A stretch of DNA of 64,000 nucleotides from Minisyncoccota bacterium (GCA_965267345.1 OZ253947.1:72662-136661); one strand, 5' to 3'. Counted from the first letter of the stretch, positions 9,691 through 20,061 are shown. Numbers and translations are program-made. Notes: generated by a model from the sequence alone, not told the origin.

Positions 9691-11082
9691 ATGTATCGAC
9701 GGGCACAGCTGTTTGTGATGATTGGGTGCGTATTTGCGCTTGGTGCGCTGCCCGTACACGCACAAACGCTTAACACTGACGACATTTTCGCACGCATCAA
9801 TCAATTGCTCGCTCGGGTACAGACACTGCAAGCTGAGCTCAGTGCGCTGCAGGGCAATCAGGCGCAGGGGCCAGTGCAGGGCACCTTCGCCACACCATCA
9901 CCGCACGACACGCCGCGTGTGGAAGTTTGCACACAGACACTCAGCAGCACGCTCGGCTACGGCGATCGCGGCCAGAGTGTTACCGCACTCCAGCAGTATC
10001 TTCGCGGTACGGGCGACTATACCTATCCTGAAATCACCGGGTACTACGGATCGGTAACGCAAGAAGCAGTGCAGCGGTGGCAGGCGCGCCGCGGGATTGT
10101 GGCATCAGGCACACCCGCAACAACCGGCTACGGCCGCGTCGGTCCGCAGACACGCGCGGCAATCAATAGCGACTGCGGTGACATTGTGCGCGATCCTGTA
10201 CTGTCGCGTCCACTTGTGGTGACACCTGAGATCGGACAGGTACCGCTCGACGTCGTGACGACATTCTCTGTTGCCGGTTCATCGTGCGCTTCTTACGCAC
10301 TCGACTGGGGTGACGGAACCCCCGCACTTGCGTTTGATGCAGGCGTTGGCGACACCTGCACGCGTGACATTGCGCACAAACGCGCGACACACACCTATGC
10401 CAATGGCGGAGTGTACCGTGTGACACTCCGTGCCACACAGGGCCCACTCGCAACTGCCGGCCTCGTTGGCGAAACATTCGTATCAGTCGGCGCACCGGCT
10501 CCTGGCGGTATTTCACTGTCACCAACGTCGGGACTCACACCATTTACCACAAGCGTGACCTTTCCCGTGCAAGGGTCGCAGTGTACCTCGTATCGGGTGA
10601 ATTGGGACGACGGGGTGCGCGATGAGTACGAGGCAACCAGTACCGTTTGCAATGCAAAGACGGGCACACAAGCTGTCTCGCACACCTATACTAATCCCGG
10701 AACGTACAACGTGACGTTGCAGGTTGGCCAAGCACCACTGAGCGCACTGCCGGTGCAGCAGGAGTGGGAAGTTGTGGTCAACGACGGACGCGTCGGGAGT
10801 GCGGGCGTTGATGTCGCACCAACGCGCGGCACGGCGCCGCTTGATGTTTCCGTGCGCATTTACGGCGAAGGAAAGGCATGCCAGTCATACGGCGTGCAGT
10901 GGGGCGACGGGAGTGACGGCGAGTACTACGATGCCGGCACCACGCCATGCAATGACACATACTTTAACTACACGCTACGCCACACGTACACACAAGCAGG
11001 GCGCTACCTGCTGTCAGTGGCGACCGGACGCGACGCACTCGGCAACCTCACGTCGGTGCCATACGTCGTGGTCGTTGAGTAA
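9691..11082 (+). CDS. Paralogous secreted PG-binding protein with three PKD-like repeats
   Basis: ITGYYGSVTQEAVQRWQ..GRVGPQT; three WGDG/WDDG..HTY..G.Y units. Confidence 0.85.
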   Translation: MYRRAQLFVMIGCVFALGALPVHAQTLNTDDIFARINQLLARVQTLQAELSALQGNQAQGPVQGTFATPSPHDTPRVEVCTQTLSSTLGYGDRGQSVTALQQYLRGTGDYTYPEITGYYGSVTQEAVQRWQARRGIVASGTPATTGYGRVGPQTRAAINSDCGDIVRDPVLSRPLVVTPEIGQVPLDVVTTFSVAGSSCASYALDWGDGTPALAFDAGVGDTCTRDIAHKRATHTYANGGVYRVTLRATQGPLATAGLVGETFVSVGAPAPGGISLSPTSGLTPFTTSVTFPVQGSQCTSYRVNWDDGVRDEYEATSTVCNAKTGTQAVSHTYTNPGTYNVTLQVGQAPLSALPVQQEWEVVVNDGRVGSAGVDVAPTRGTAPLDVSVRIYGEGKACQSYGVQWGDGSDGEYYDAGTTPCNDTYFNYTLRHTYTQAGRYLLSVATGRDALGNLTSVPYVVVVE

Positions 11083-11083
11083 G

Positions 11084-13222
11084 CTACTCCATGTGTAGCG
11101 TTGCGGCGCGCTGTGCAACGCGATGCAGTAGCGCGGGATACGCCACAAGCGAGGCGTCCGTCTCGATGATGCGCGTTGCGTCAGTGCGCGCCGCTTCAAC
11201 CATTTTTAGATTCTGCAGTGCTTGCATGCCCATGTCAGAGATACCCCACTGTGAGCTTCCCGCAAGCTCGCCCGGCCCGCGCAGTTTCAAGTCTTCCTCG
11301 GCGAGTGCAAAGCCGTCGGCGGCCTGTTCAAGTGCACGCAAGCGGGTGAGCGACGTATCATTTTTTGACTCTGAAAATAAATAGCAGTACGGTTGATGGT
11401 GTGAGCGTTGGACGCGTCCGCGCAGCTGGTGCAGCTGTGAGAGGCCGAATCGCTCAGCGCCTTCAATGATAATGATCGTTGCATTTGGTACGTTTACACC
11501 CACTTCAATCACCGACGTCGCCACGAGTACGTCAACCGCGCCGTCGGCAAAGCGCTGCATTGCAGCGTCTTTTTCTTGCGGGGTCATCTTTCCGTGCAGT
11601 GTGCCGACGACATAGTCTTTAAATGGCCCCTTTTGCAGACGCGCCGCCTCGGCGGTGACCGATTTTGCGCGGAGGGCGAGTGCCTTTGTCGGGTCAGGTT
11701 CGTCGATACGCGGGCAGATCACGTACGCCTGCCGGCCGCTGTGCAGTTCGCTGCGCACGGCGGCGTATACCTCGTCGCGCTTTGACGGCGCAACGACCTT
11801 TGTGTGTATTGGTTTGCGTCCCGCCGGCCGCTCATCGAGCAGTGAAATGTCCAAGTCGCCGTAGATAGTTAGGGCGAGTGTGCGCGGAATGGGAGTGGCC
11901 GTCATCGACAGTAGATGCGGCGCCGAGTCGTCTTTGTGCGCCAGTGCCTTGCGCTGCTGGGTACCAAAGCGATGCTGCTCGTCAATAATGACGTACGAGA
12001 GATTTTTAAAGGTTACCGTCTTCTGTATCAGTGCGTGGGTGCCGACAATGACGGGGATTTCACCATTGGCAACCCATTTGAGGAGCTGCGCCCGTGATAT
12101 TTTTGTCGGCTTTTCCGGATGTACTTTTGACGGGAATTTTTGACACCCGCTGGACGTAATCAGGGCAATAGGGATCGGGGCACGTTGGAAATGCTCAATG
12201 AGCGACTCGAACTGCTGTTTCGCAAGAATTTCCGTCGGCACCATGTATGCGACTTGCGCGTAGGCATGCTGTTTTCCCGCGAGCGTACCCCGTGCGACGG
12301 CGCAGAGTGTTGCTGCCGCGACCGTTGTTTTCCCCGAGCCAACGTCACCTTCAAGCAGGCGCGACATCGGGTACGGCTTTTCCAAATCAGCCATAATATG
12401 CTCAATCGCGCGCTGCTGTGCCGTGGTCGGCGTGTACGGCAGTGTCTCCATAAACGATGCCAGTGCGTCGCTGCTGGGGGTGACTGCCGGCGCTTTTAGC
12501 TCACGGGTGTCGTGCCGGCTCTTTTGATGGGCGAGCTGGATGATGAAGACCTCTTCAAATGAAAATCGTTTGCGCGCCGCGGCTTCGTCACGCGAACTCT
12601 GTGGCATGTGGATCCACACGAGGGCGCTGGCAAGTGAGGGGAGCGTGTATCGTGCGCAGACCTCGGCCGGAAGCGCATCTTCCATACGTTCGTGTACTCC
12701 GTCGGCAAGTATTTTGCGCAGAGCATGGTAGAACCACCGGCTCGTGATGCCGCTGCTCTCGGGATAGACGGGAAAGAGTCTTGCTTCGGGGCTCGTATCT
12801 TCGAGCATGTCGGGCAGTCCGGGCATAGCTTCGACGGTGGGGTTGGCGAAATACACACCGCGCGTACCCGTTGCTTTACCCGTGACTTTGACGAAGCGCA
12901 CGTGCTCGAGCATGCGCGCGACGTACGGCTGGTTGAACCACCGCACGCGAATGCTTCCCGTTGCGTCTTTGAGCGTTGCCTCGATAACGTACTTTTTCGT
13001 CCGCCACGAAAGCGTCTTTTTAAAATCAGTCAGTTCGCCATAGACGGTGACCACTTCGTTCGGAACGATGTTGGCAATGTGCGCTGCAGCGCCGACGTCT
13101 TCGTAGCGGTGCGGGAAGTGAAAGAGGAGATCGGCGATGGTGGCGATGTTACGCTTTTCCAGTGCCGCCTGCTGCTGTTTCGTCAGGCGAAAATGTGTCG
13201 TCACTGCGTCCTGTGGGTGCAT
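11084..13222 (-). CDS. recG: ATP-dependent DNA helicase RecG
   Basis: RLLEGDVGSGKT, DEQHRFG, MTATPIPRTL and QLHQLRGRV motifs. Confidence 0.97.
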   Translation of the reverse strand: MHPQDAVTTHFRLTKQQQAALEKRNIATIADLLFHFPHRYEDVGAAAHIANIVPNEVVTVYGELTDFKKTLSWRTKKYVIEATLKDATGSIRVRWFNQPYVARMLEHVRFVKVTGKATGTRGVYFANPTVEAMPGLPDMLEDTSPEARLFPVYPESSGITSRWFYHALRKILADGVHERMEDALPAEVCARYTLPSLASALVWIHMPQSSRDEAAARKRFSFEEVFIIQLAHQKSRHDTRELKAPAVTPSSDALASFMETLPYTPTTAQQRAIEHIMADLEKPYPMSRLLEGDVGSGKTTVAAATLCAVARGTLAGKQHAYAQVAYMVPTEILAKQQFESLIEHFQRAPIPIALITSSGCQKFPSKVHPEKPTKISRAQLLKWVANGEIPVIVGTHALIQKTVTFKNLSYVIIDEQHRFGTQQRKALAHKDDSAPHLLSMTATPIPRTLALTIYGDLDISLLDERPAGRKPIHTKVVAPSKRDEVYAAVRSELHSGRQAYVICPRIDEPDPTKALALRAKSVTAEAARLQKGPFKDYVVGTLHGKMTPQEKDAAMQRFADGAVDVLVATSVIEVGVNVPNATIIIIEGAERFGLSQLHQLRGRVQRSHHQPYCYLFSESKNDTSLTRLRALEQAADGFALAEEDLKLRGPGELAGSSQWGISDMGMQALQNLKMVEAARTDATRIIETDASLVAYPALLHRVAQRAATLHME

Positions 13223-13301
13223 GGAGGCAGTATACGGTATTCCACACACACGAGCACGCAGGCAAGGCCACAGAGGCCGCGTGATATACTGCGCAGTAGA
13301 T

Positions 13302-14522
13302 ATGGCGCAGCAGCATCGCACAGGCACCCTTCGTGATCAGACCCTTGAGCTCTTGATGGCCAATCGGCGTACCTCGGGCGAGTACCAGTACACAGTGCCG
13401 TCGCCCGACTCGTACCCGTACCAGTGGATGTGGGATTCCTGTTTTCACGCGATCGCGCTTTCGCATTTTGATACCGCTGACGCGAAAAAAGAGCTGGAAT
13501 CGCTCTGCGCAAAGCAGTTTGGGAACGGGTTGATCCCGCACATTATTTACTGGGACGGGCCGAAAAAGGGCGTCATCGATTTTGAGTGGGGAACGGGTGG
13601 TACCTCATCAATCACGCAGCCGCCGATGGTGGCGTATGCGGTGTGGGAAATCTACAAGCGCGATGGCGACCGTGCGTTTCTCGAGCGCATGTACCCGAAG
13701 CTCTACCACTTTTACAACTACCTGTTGACCGACCGCGATCCGCGCCGTAACCATCTGGTCAGCATCATTAACCCCGACGAATCGGGTGAAGACGACTCAC
13801 CACGTTTTGACCGCACGGTCGGCCTGCCGCCACGCCACGCGCTCGATGAGAACCTCGCGCGCCGCCTTGAGCTCGTCGAGCAGAATAAGACCTGTGATTT
13901 TGATGCGCCGTTTTGTGTCAAAAAGTTTTTCTGGGTGAAAGACGTGCCATTCAATGCCATTCTCGTGCGCAACCTTGCGGTGATGGGGGACATTGCCGAA
14001 GAGCTCGAGCGGATGGACGAGTCGTTCTATTTTCGCCGGATGCGTCTGCAGGTTGCCGAGGCGATGCGCGACCGCATGCATGCCAACGGACTATTCTGGT
14101 CGCTCTCCGGCGAGTCGTACGAAAAGCTCTATGTGAAAACGTGGGCCATTTTTGCGCCGCTGTTTGCCGGCATCCTCTCGCAGAGCGAAGCACGTGACCT
14201 TGTTGAGCTGCACCTGCGTGACGCCGAGAGTTTCGCCGCACCATTTTCCGTGCCGACGGTTGCCCAGCATGAGCCATCGTACAATCCGAATGGCTTTTGG
14301 CGTGGGCCGGTCTGGATGGCATCAAACTGGTTTATTTTTAAAGGGCTGCTCGACTATGGTTTTGCAGAAGACGCCGCACGTGTGCGCGAACACAGCGAAG
14401 CGCTCATCACACAGTCAGGATTTCGGGAGCGTTTTAATCCCGACACCGGCGCAGGCATCGGCGCGCAGCAGTTCACGTGGGGAGCGCTGGTTATTGATAT
14501 GCAGACGCCTAACGACACCTAA
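13302..14522 (+). CDS. MGH1/GH63-like (trehalase-fold) glycoside hydrolase
   Basis: YPYQWMWDS, SITQPP, ESGEDDSPR, WRGPVW and F.E.FNP.TG motifs. Confidence 0.85.
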   Translation: MAQQHRTGTLRDQTLELLMANRRTSGEYQYTVPSPDSYPYQWMWDSCFHAIALSHFDTADAKKELESLCAKQFGNGLIPHIIYWDGPKKGVIDFEWGTGGTSSITQPPMVAYAVWEIYKRDGDRAFLERMYPKLYHFYNYLLTDRDPRRNHLVSIINPDESGEDDSPRFDRTVGLPPRHALDENLARRLELVEQNKTCDFDAPFCVKKFFWVKDVPFNAILVRNLAVMGDIAEELERMDESFYFRRMRLQVAEAMRDRMHANGLFWSLSGESYEKLYVKTWAIFAPLFAGILSQSEARDLVELHLRDAESFAAPFSVPTVAQHEPSYNPNGFWRGPVWMASNWFIFKGLLDYGFAEDAARVREHSEALITQSGFRERFNPDTGAGIGAQQFTWGALVIDMQTPNDT

Positions 14523-15457
14523 TGCGTATGGATCGTTCACACCGCTCCATTATGGATACGTGTACGGTCGGCAGCATGCCTGACTTGGATGTTGCCGTGC
14601 GTGCAGCGCTTGAGCTGTTTGCCGATGTGCCACTGCCAATGCTCGACCTTGGGACGCACCAGCGCCCGTTGGTCGTCGGCAGCGGCAATGCACTCGTGAC
14701 GGGGCGCGTGCTGTTCGACGAGCAAGACGCCATCTTTGCGAGCGAAAGTACGTATCGCAAAAAGCTTCATTTGTTTCCCGTTATTTCAGGCGCGACAATT
14801 ATTTCTGCGTCCGGCGGGAAGCATGCGGCGCCAATTGCCGAGCATCTCGCCGCGCGCAAGCTCGACATACGCTTGTTCACCACCACTGCTGACGCACCGG
14901 CAAGTGCGTTTGTGCCCGAGGGTCAGACGTTTGTATTTCCGAAGAATCGTGAGCCATTCAGCTACAACACGTCAACCTACATGGGCATGCTATTGGCAAA
15001 AACAAAAGAAGACCCGACGGCACTGCACACATTTGTCGGTGACGTGCTAGCGCAGCTTCCCGACACACTCGGTGACTATGATGCTTTTTTCTTTCTCATT
15101 CCCGAGCAATTTGCCCACATGCGTGAGATGTTTATCACAAAGTGCGAAGAGCTGTTCAGTGCACACATTGCCGTGCGTGTGTACACCCACGAGCAGGCAA
15201 AGCACGCACAAACGATTGTGCCGCACGAACGGGAGCTTTTTGTGTCATTTGGTGCAGCAAACGAGCACTTTGGTTTGCACACAATGACGGTGCCGCTTCC
15301 CGAGGAAGTGCATGCCGCAGGCATGATGGCGGTTGGGTACAGTGTCATCGGTGCGATACAGCGAGCACACCCACCGTACTTTAAAGACAACGTGCAGGCG
15401 TACGCACACCATGCCGAGAAACTCTTCGGCCATCCCGTTACTCCTATTGTTGATTAA
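14522..15457 (+). CDS. SIS-like sugar-phosphate isomerase/binding protein
   Basis: VVGSGNA and IISASGG motifs; lies between a hydrolase and a ROK kinase. Confidence 0.6.
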   Translation: MRMDRSHRSIMDTCTVGSMPDLDVAVRAALELFADVPLPMLDLGTHQRPLVVGSGNALVTGRVLFDEQDAIFASESTYRKKLHLFPVISGATIISASGGKHAAPIAEHLAARKLDIRLFTTTADAPASAFVPEGQTFVFPKNREPFSYNTSTYMGMLLAKTKEDPTALHTFVGDVLAQLPDTLGDYDAFFFLIPEQFAHMREMFITKCEELFSAHIAVRVYTHEQAKHAQTIVPHERELFVSFGAANEHFGLHTMTVPLPEEVHAAGMMAVGYSVIGAIQRAHPPYFKDNVQAYAHHAEKLFGHPVTPIVD

Positions 15458-15459
15458 GT

Positions 15460-16305
15460 ATGTACCTGCTCTACGACATTGGCGGCACCAAAATGCGCAT
15501 CGCGCGGACTGACACCGGTCGCGCATTTCTCGGCGAGCCGGTGGTCATACCGACGCCGCGTACCTACGACGAAGGGTTTGCCGAGGCAGTGAAAGCGGGC
15601 GAGCATCTTGCCGCCGGCGCGCGGATTGACGGCGTGGCTGTCGGTATTGCTGGTGTGCTCGCGCGCGATCGACGCAGCCTCGTCGGGAGTCCGAATCTCA
15701 CTGACTGGGTGGGACGACCGCTCGCGACTCACTTTGAAGATGTCTTTAAAACAACGGTTACGTTTGCCAACGACGCGGCACTCGTCGGCCTTGGTGAAAT
15801 GCACCATGGTGCGGGTGTCGTTGATGGGGTGGGGGCGTACCTAACCATTTCAACCGGTGTCGGTGGCGCACGGTTTGTCGACGGACGTATTGACGAAACA
15901 ACGTTTGGCTTTGAGGTCGGCAAGCAGATTATTGACGCCGACCAGTCGATTTGTCCCGAGTGTTCGAGCCCGTTTCTCGAGGACTACATTTCAGGCAAGG
16001 CAACCGAGGAACGGTGTGGGGTGAAAGCCTACACGATTACCGATGTGCAAATGTGGCAAGACTACGCAAAACTGCTTGCCTGCGGCGTCGCGAATACGGC
16101 GGTGCACTGGTCGCCCGAGCGTATCGTACTCGGCGGCTCGATGATGGTTGGCACACAGGGTCCGACCATCGACATTGCTGCGGTACACACGCACCTTGCC
16201 GAGCTCTTAACGATCTATCCCGAAACGCCTGAATTGCAGTTGGCAGCACTCGGCGATTGCGGTGGACTCTACGGTGCGATGGTGGTGTGTCGCGATGTTG
16301 TATAA
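15460..16305 (+). CDS. ROK family sugar kinase
   Basis: DIGGTK, NDA..VGLGE, TISTGVGG and C..C..LE motifs. Confidence 0.92.
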   Translation: MYLLYDIGGTKMRIARTDTGRAFLGEPVVIPTPRTYDEGFAEAVKAGEHLAAGARIDGVAVGIAGVLARDRRSLVGSPNLTDWVGRPLATHFEDVFKTTVTFANDAALVGLGEMHHGAGVVDGVGAYLTISTGVGGARFVDGRIDETTFGFEVGKQIIDADQSICPECSSPFLEDYISGKATEERCGVKAYTITDVQMWQDYAKLLACGVANTAVHWSPERIVLGGSMMVGTQGPTIDIAAVHTHLAELLTIYPETPELQLAALGDCGGLYGAMVVCRDVV

Positions 16306-16334
16306 AACGGCGCGCGACATCTAGTCGCGCGCCG

Positions 16335-16691
16335 TTACGAGTAAGCGCCATTCCGTCGATACGGTTTGGTGCGTACGCATATCGATAATAGCCATGCCAT
16401 AGCGTCGATGCGCGCGTCGAATGACGCCGAAGCGTTCATGACGGCACCCAAACACCGAATGAAGTGAATTCGCTCAACGCGATCTTCAGTCTTCCAGCTC
16501 CATCGGTGCATGTTTGGCTGAATGCCACGGCTGTAAAAGATATCGCACGCACACTGGCGCCACTCTACCCACTCAGTGCCATTGTCGTCGCCAAACCGCC
16601 TGAAACACCATAGTGCAAGTGAGTGTTCATCAATGGCGTTGTCGTATATTGGCGGTAGCTCAACGGGTATCGCGAGTGTACTCAGTATCAT
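16335..16691 (-). CDS. Orphan hypothetical protein
   Basis: SD GGAGG; ORF ends in hairpin at 16305-16336. Confidence 0.5.
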   Translation of the reverse strand: MILSTLAIPVELPPIYDNAIDEHSLALWCFRRFGDDNGTEWVEWRQCACDIFYSRGIQPNMHRWSWKTEDRVERIHFIRCLGAVMNASASFDARIDAMAWLLSICVRTKPYRRNGAYS

Positions 16692-16807
16692 TACCATCCT
16701 CCAATGTGCACTCTGTATGTAAGTGAAGCGCAGTCAACAACGGGCGTCAATAGCAAAAGAGGCGACCGAAGTCGCCTCTTTTTTAGCACGTTGGTGCGGG
16801 GGAGATG

Positions 16808-17185
16808 TCACGCGACACCGCTCACAATTCTGACCTCGAGTCCTCGCAGTCGCTTGGTCTGTGGGGACTCGAGACCTGCCTTGATGAGATCGGCATCTTC
16901 CTTGGGCAGATCGATGATGGTGACAATTGCCAGCCAAGGCTGACCTTCAGAGCCCTGAATCTTGATGCGGGCGACGACTTTCTCCATGCATGTGTGCATC
17001 TCGGCGCATTCGAGGTCGACATTGAACCGTGTGTGCACTGCGAAACCCTCGCGAGAGAGCTGTTGGGCCATACGCCGCAGCTCTCTTCGGTACGCGTACA
17101 CGTAGTGCCCAGACGCGTCTTCCCAAGTGTCGTGAAGACTCATGCGTGGGGGGATGTCGCCATGCAACAATAGAAATCCAAGCAT
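16808..17185 (-). CDS. Orphan hypothetical protein
   Basis: SD AAGGAGGT before MLGFLLL; terminator-like hairpin at ~16755-16784. Confidence 0.55.
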   Translation of the reverse strand: MLGFLLLHGDIPPRMSLHDTWEDASGHYVYAYRRELRRMAQQLSREGFAVHTRFNVDLECAEMHTCMEKVVARIKIQGSEGQPWLAIVTIIDLPKEDADLIKAGLESPQTKRLRGLEVRIVSGVA

Positions 17186-17293
17186 GGGTAACCTCCTTTC
17201 ATTAGTCCAAACAAAACGTATCACGGAACGTGCTAGTTTGCCATTGTGTTACAATTAAGCTTTAGACTGCTCTCTATCCAAAAGGAGGTTGTA

Positions 17294-17485
17294 ATGACCA
17301 ATGTAGATTTACCCGAAGGGTTTGAGCTCAACGAGTTTACGCCCGGTGTCATGATCAGTGACGGCTTTAGTCTGTATCTTGAAGCAGACTGCTCCTGTAC
17401 CGAAGTATGGGTCCCCGAACTGCCGTTCTGCCTGCTTCGTGACAACGAAAGTAGGGAGGTAGTCGGGATAATCTGGTGGCATTAA
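17294..17485 (+). CDS. Orphan small acidic protein
   Basis: SD AAGGAGGT; hairpin ACAGGGCCGTCT..AGACGGCCCTGT downstream. Confidence 0.5.
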   Translation: MTNVDLPEGFELNEFTPGVMISDGFSLYLEADCSCTEVWVPELPFCLLRDNESREVVGIIWWH

Positions 17486-17527
17486 ACACTTCCCACAGGG
17501 CCGTCTAAAGACGGCCCTGTAACCGTA

Positions 17528-17561
17528 TAAACCGCTATTTTGACGTCAAAATAGCGGTTTA
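17528..17561. repeat. Perfect 34-bp palindrome with core TTTGACGTCAAA
   Basis: TAAACCGCTATTTTGAC|GTCAAAATAGCGGTTTA. Confidence 0.9.
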
Positions 17562-17572
17562 GAGTATATATC

Positions 17573-17610
17573 CACAGGTACCTTGCAAAGCAAGGTACCT
17601 GTGCTACACT
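17573..17610 (+). promoter_or_regulatory. Putative PadR operator overlapping the padR promoter
   Basis: CACAGGTACCTTGC-AAA-GCAAGGTACCTGTG covers TTGCAA (-35); TACACT (-10) lies 6 nt before ATG. Confidence 0.7.
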
Positions 17611-17616
17611 TTCCGC

Positions 17617-17973
17617 ATGACACGAGTCGATTTCGATGTTGAAAATGCACGCGTGCAGATGCGCAAGGGGCTCTTGGAGTTTCCCATTTTGCTCATCGTC
17701 GCACAGGGCGAAGTGTATGCATCCGACATTTTGGACCAACTCAAGAAAGCAGACCTCATTGTCGTTGAGGGGACACTGTATCCGCTTCTGAGTCGGCTTA
17801 AGAAAAACGGACTCGTTGCATACGTGTGGCGCGAGTCCAAGACAGGACCGCCGCGCAAATACTATACGCTTACCAGTCACGGCGAAGCGGTTCTCATGGA
17901 GCTGCTCAAAACGTGGGACGTACTAAGCAATTCAATTACGAGGCTTAAAAAGAAATATGAAAAAGGTAGTTAA
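17617..17973 (+). CDS. PadR family transcriptional regulator
   Basis: QMRKGLLE, EGTLYPLLSRL and GPPRKYY motifs. Confidence 0.95.
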   Translation: MTRVDFDVENARVQMRKGLLEFPILLIVAQGEVYASDILDQLKKADLIVVEGTLYPLLSRLKKNGLVAYVWRESKTGPPRKYYTLTSHGEAVLMELLKTWDVLSNSITRLKKKYEKGS

Positions 17974-19657
17974 CATCACCATAGGCGGCGTTGTCTTTTC
18001 GATAGAGGAGGACGCGTACACGGTACTCTCGCAGTACATCGAGACCGTTCGTGACCACTTTAGTGCGTCTGATGAAGGGCGTGAGATTATTGATGATATT
18101 GAACTTGGTATTGCCGAGAAGTTTAATCGCAAGAAAACCGGTGACGTGATCCGGCTGAGCGATGTCGAGGCGGTGATTGCCGACATGGGCACGGTTGCCG
18201 ATTTTGCGGATGCAGATGACGCAGCTTCCGGTAGTGCTGCCGACGAAGGTGGTGCGGCAAAGCGAAAAAAGAAACTCTATCGCGATGTCGACGATCAGAT
18301 TATCGGTGGTGTCGCGTCAGGTATTGCAGCGTACCTTGGGATTGACACCGTATTTGTTCGACTCCTCTTCGTGCTGTCTATTTTCCTCAACGGGTTTGGT
18401 ATCTTGCTCTATCTGGTGCTCTGGATTGTGATGCCCGCTGCCGAGACGGTGTCACAAAAGCTTGAAATGCAGGGCGACCCCGTCACCTTGCATCAATTTG
18501 AGAAGCTCATTAAAGACAAAATGCCCGTCCGTGAGCAGGAGGTGACCGTGTTCCGTCGTGCACTGCGCCTCCCGTTTGTCGTGATCCGCGGCGTTCTGCG
18601 GGGTGTGCGCATCTTTTTCGCACACATTGGCCCGTTAGCGCGTACGGTTACCGGTGTCGTACTCGTTGCTCTCGGTATTGCGGTGGAACTCGGTGTACTG
18701 ATTGCACTGACGACACTCCACTTCAGCATTAATTCGGGATTGTTTGATCTTCCCGTACGCACTTTTCTCAGTACGGCGGAGTATGTCGTCGGTCTCGCGG
18801 CACTGTGCGCTCTCGGTGTTATTCCTGCAACGCTTATCGTATTGCTCGGGTGTGTGCTGCTGCGCAAGACGAGCAAGCATACTGGTATGGCAGTTGTCGT
18901 ACTCGTTATTGTCTGGATGGGAGCACTCTTTACTGCAGGACACACGCTCTCACGCATTGTTCCGGCGTACCAGCACTACATTGCAACCATGGAGGAGGTG
19001 ACTGACGCACACGAGCTTCCGGCATTTACCGACGTGGTCATCTATTCTGCCGACAACGTCACCATTCAGCAGGGCGATGCGTATGCCATAACGATTGCGG
19101 GTAAAGAGGCGAGTGTGGCACGCCGTACATTTGGCGTCCACAACGGTGTGTTGACGGTGAACAATCAGCGCACGGGCATCTGCATCGGCTGTTTTGATCA
19201 GCGACTCGATATCGTCATCACGACGCCGACTCTGACGGGTGTGACCGCAGCACACAATGCACACATCGTGGCCGATGCACTCGAGACAGGCGCACTTGCG
19301 CTTGATCTCCGACACGGCGCGGAATTGGAAATCGATCTTGTTGCTGAGGCAGTGACCGCACAGCTCGCACACGGCGCAGAGCTTGTGATGGCAGGATCGG
19401 TAGACGAACTGTCTATCAGTGCGTACTACTCATCGACGATTGATACGACGCAATTGGAAAGCGAGCGCACGTTCCTCGATCTTCGCTACTATGGCGATGC
19501 AGACCTCGGGGCAACTGACGTGTTGAATGTTACGGCGTGGAGCAGTAGTGATGTGTACTATGTGGGTGATCCCGAGCTGACGCACGATATCTCAGAGCGT
19601 CAGAGCTCAGGAAGAAGTTTTAGGGGAGAGAAAAAGAGGCCTAAATCACTCATTTGA
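17957..19657 (+). CDS. PspC-domain membrane protein with C-terminal DUF2807/GIN-like domain
   Basis: KLYRDVDDQIIGGVASGIAAYLGID (PspC), several TM segments, beta-rich C-terminus. Confidence 0.88.
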   Translation: MKKVVNITIGGVVFSIEEDAYTVLSQYIETVRDHFSASDEGREIIDDIELGIAEKFNRKKTGDVIRLSDVEAVIADMGTVADFADADDAASGSAADEGGAAKRKKKLYRDVDDQIIGGVASGIAAYLGIDTVFVRLLFVLSIFLNGFGILLYLVLWIVMPAAETVSQKLEMQGDPVTLHQFEKLIKDKMPVREQEVTVFRRALRLPFVVIRGVLRGVRIFFAHIGPLARTVTGVVLVALGIAVELGVLIALTTLHFSINSGLFDLPVRTFLSTAEYVVGLAALCALGVIPATLIVLLGCVLLRKTSKHTGMAVVVLVIVWMGALFTAGHTLSRIVPAYQHYIATMEEVTDAHELPAFTDVVIYSADNVTIQQGDAYAITIAGKEASVARRTFGVHNGVLTVNNQRTGICIGCFDQRLDIVITTPTLTGVTAAHNAHIVADALETGALALDLRHGAELEIDLVAEAVTAQLAHGAELVMAGSVDELSISAYYSSTIDTTQLESERTFLDLRYYGDADLGATDVLNVTAWSSSDVYYVGDPELTHDISERQSSGRSFRGEKKRPKSLI

Positions 19658-19673
19658 CGTCATTTGAGTGATT
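19644..19673. repeat. 30-bp palindromic repeat, copy 1
   Basis: AATCACTCATTTGACGTCATTTGAGTGATT; 29/30 identical to 47059-47088. Confidence 0.85.
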
Positions 19674-19727
19674 CAAGGGTCTTTCGCAACATACGAAAAA
19701 ACCGACGCATGTGCCGGTTTTGGTGGG

Positions 19728-19878
19728 TGCGGAGAGGGAGGGATTCGTCCTGACGGTCACTAACATATTTTATTCCACTTCGTTCATAAAATATGAAGTG
19801 CCGCGGGACACGACTCGGCGACAAGCAACTTCGTTCTTGTATACCGCCTCCGTCGTTCTCACCCCTCCATCTCTCGCA
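19728..19878 (-). mobile_element. tRNA-Ser-associated element D2
   Basis: Direct copy of tRNA 3' end at 19728-19747; degenerate inverted copy at 19856-19878; core GACGGAGGCGGTATACAAG..CTTGTCGCCGAGTC resembles element B. Confidence 0.7.
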
Positions 19879-19886
19879 AGTACAAG

Positions 19887-20015
19887 GGGATTCGGTCACA
19901 AGTATTTTTCCTGACGGAAAAATCTCGCGACCCCGCCTCGCGGCGCTCGCCTTTCGCTTTGCCTGCCTGCGCAGGCAGGCTCAAACTCGCGCATCGCTGC
20001 GGCTTTCGAATCCCT
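19887..20015 (-). mobile_element. tRNA-Ser-associated element D1
   Basis: Inverted AGGGATTCGAA, core GCCGCAGCG..CGCGAGGC, direct CGAATCCC. Confidence 0.65.
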
Positions 20016-20061
20016 TCGGAAGCTCCACTTCCGTCCTCTCAGACAAAGAAGTTTCAATTTG

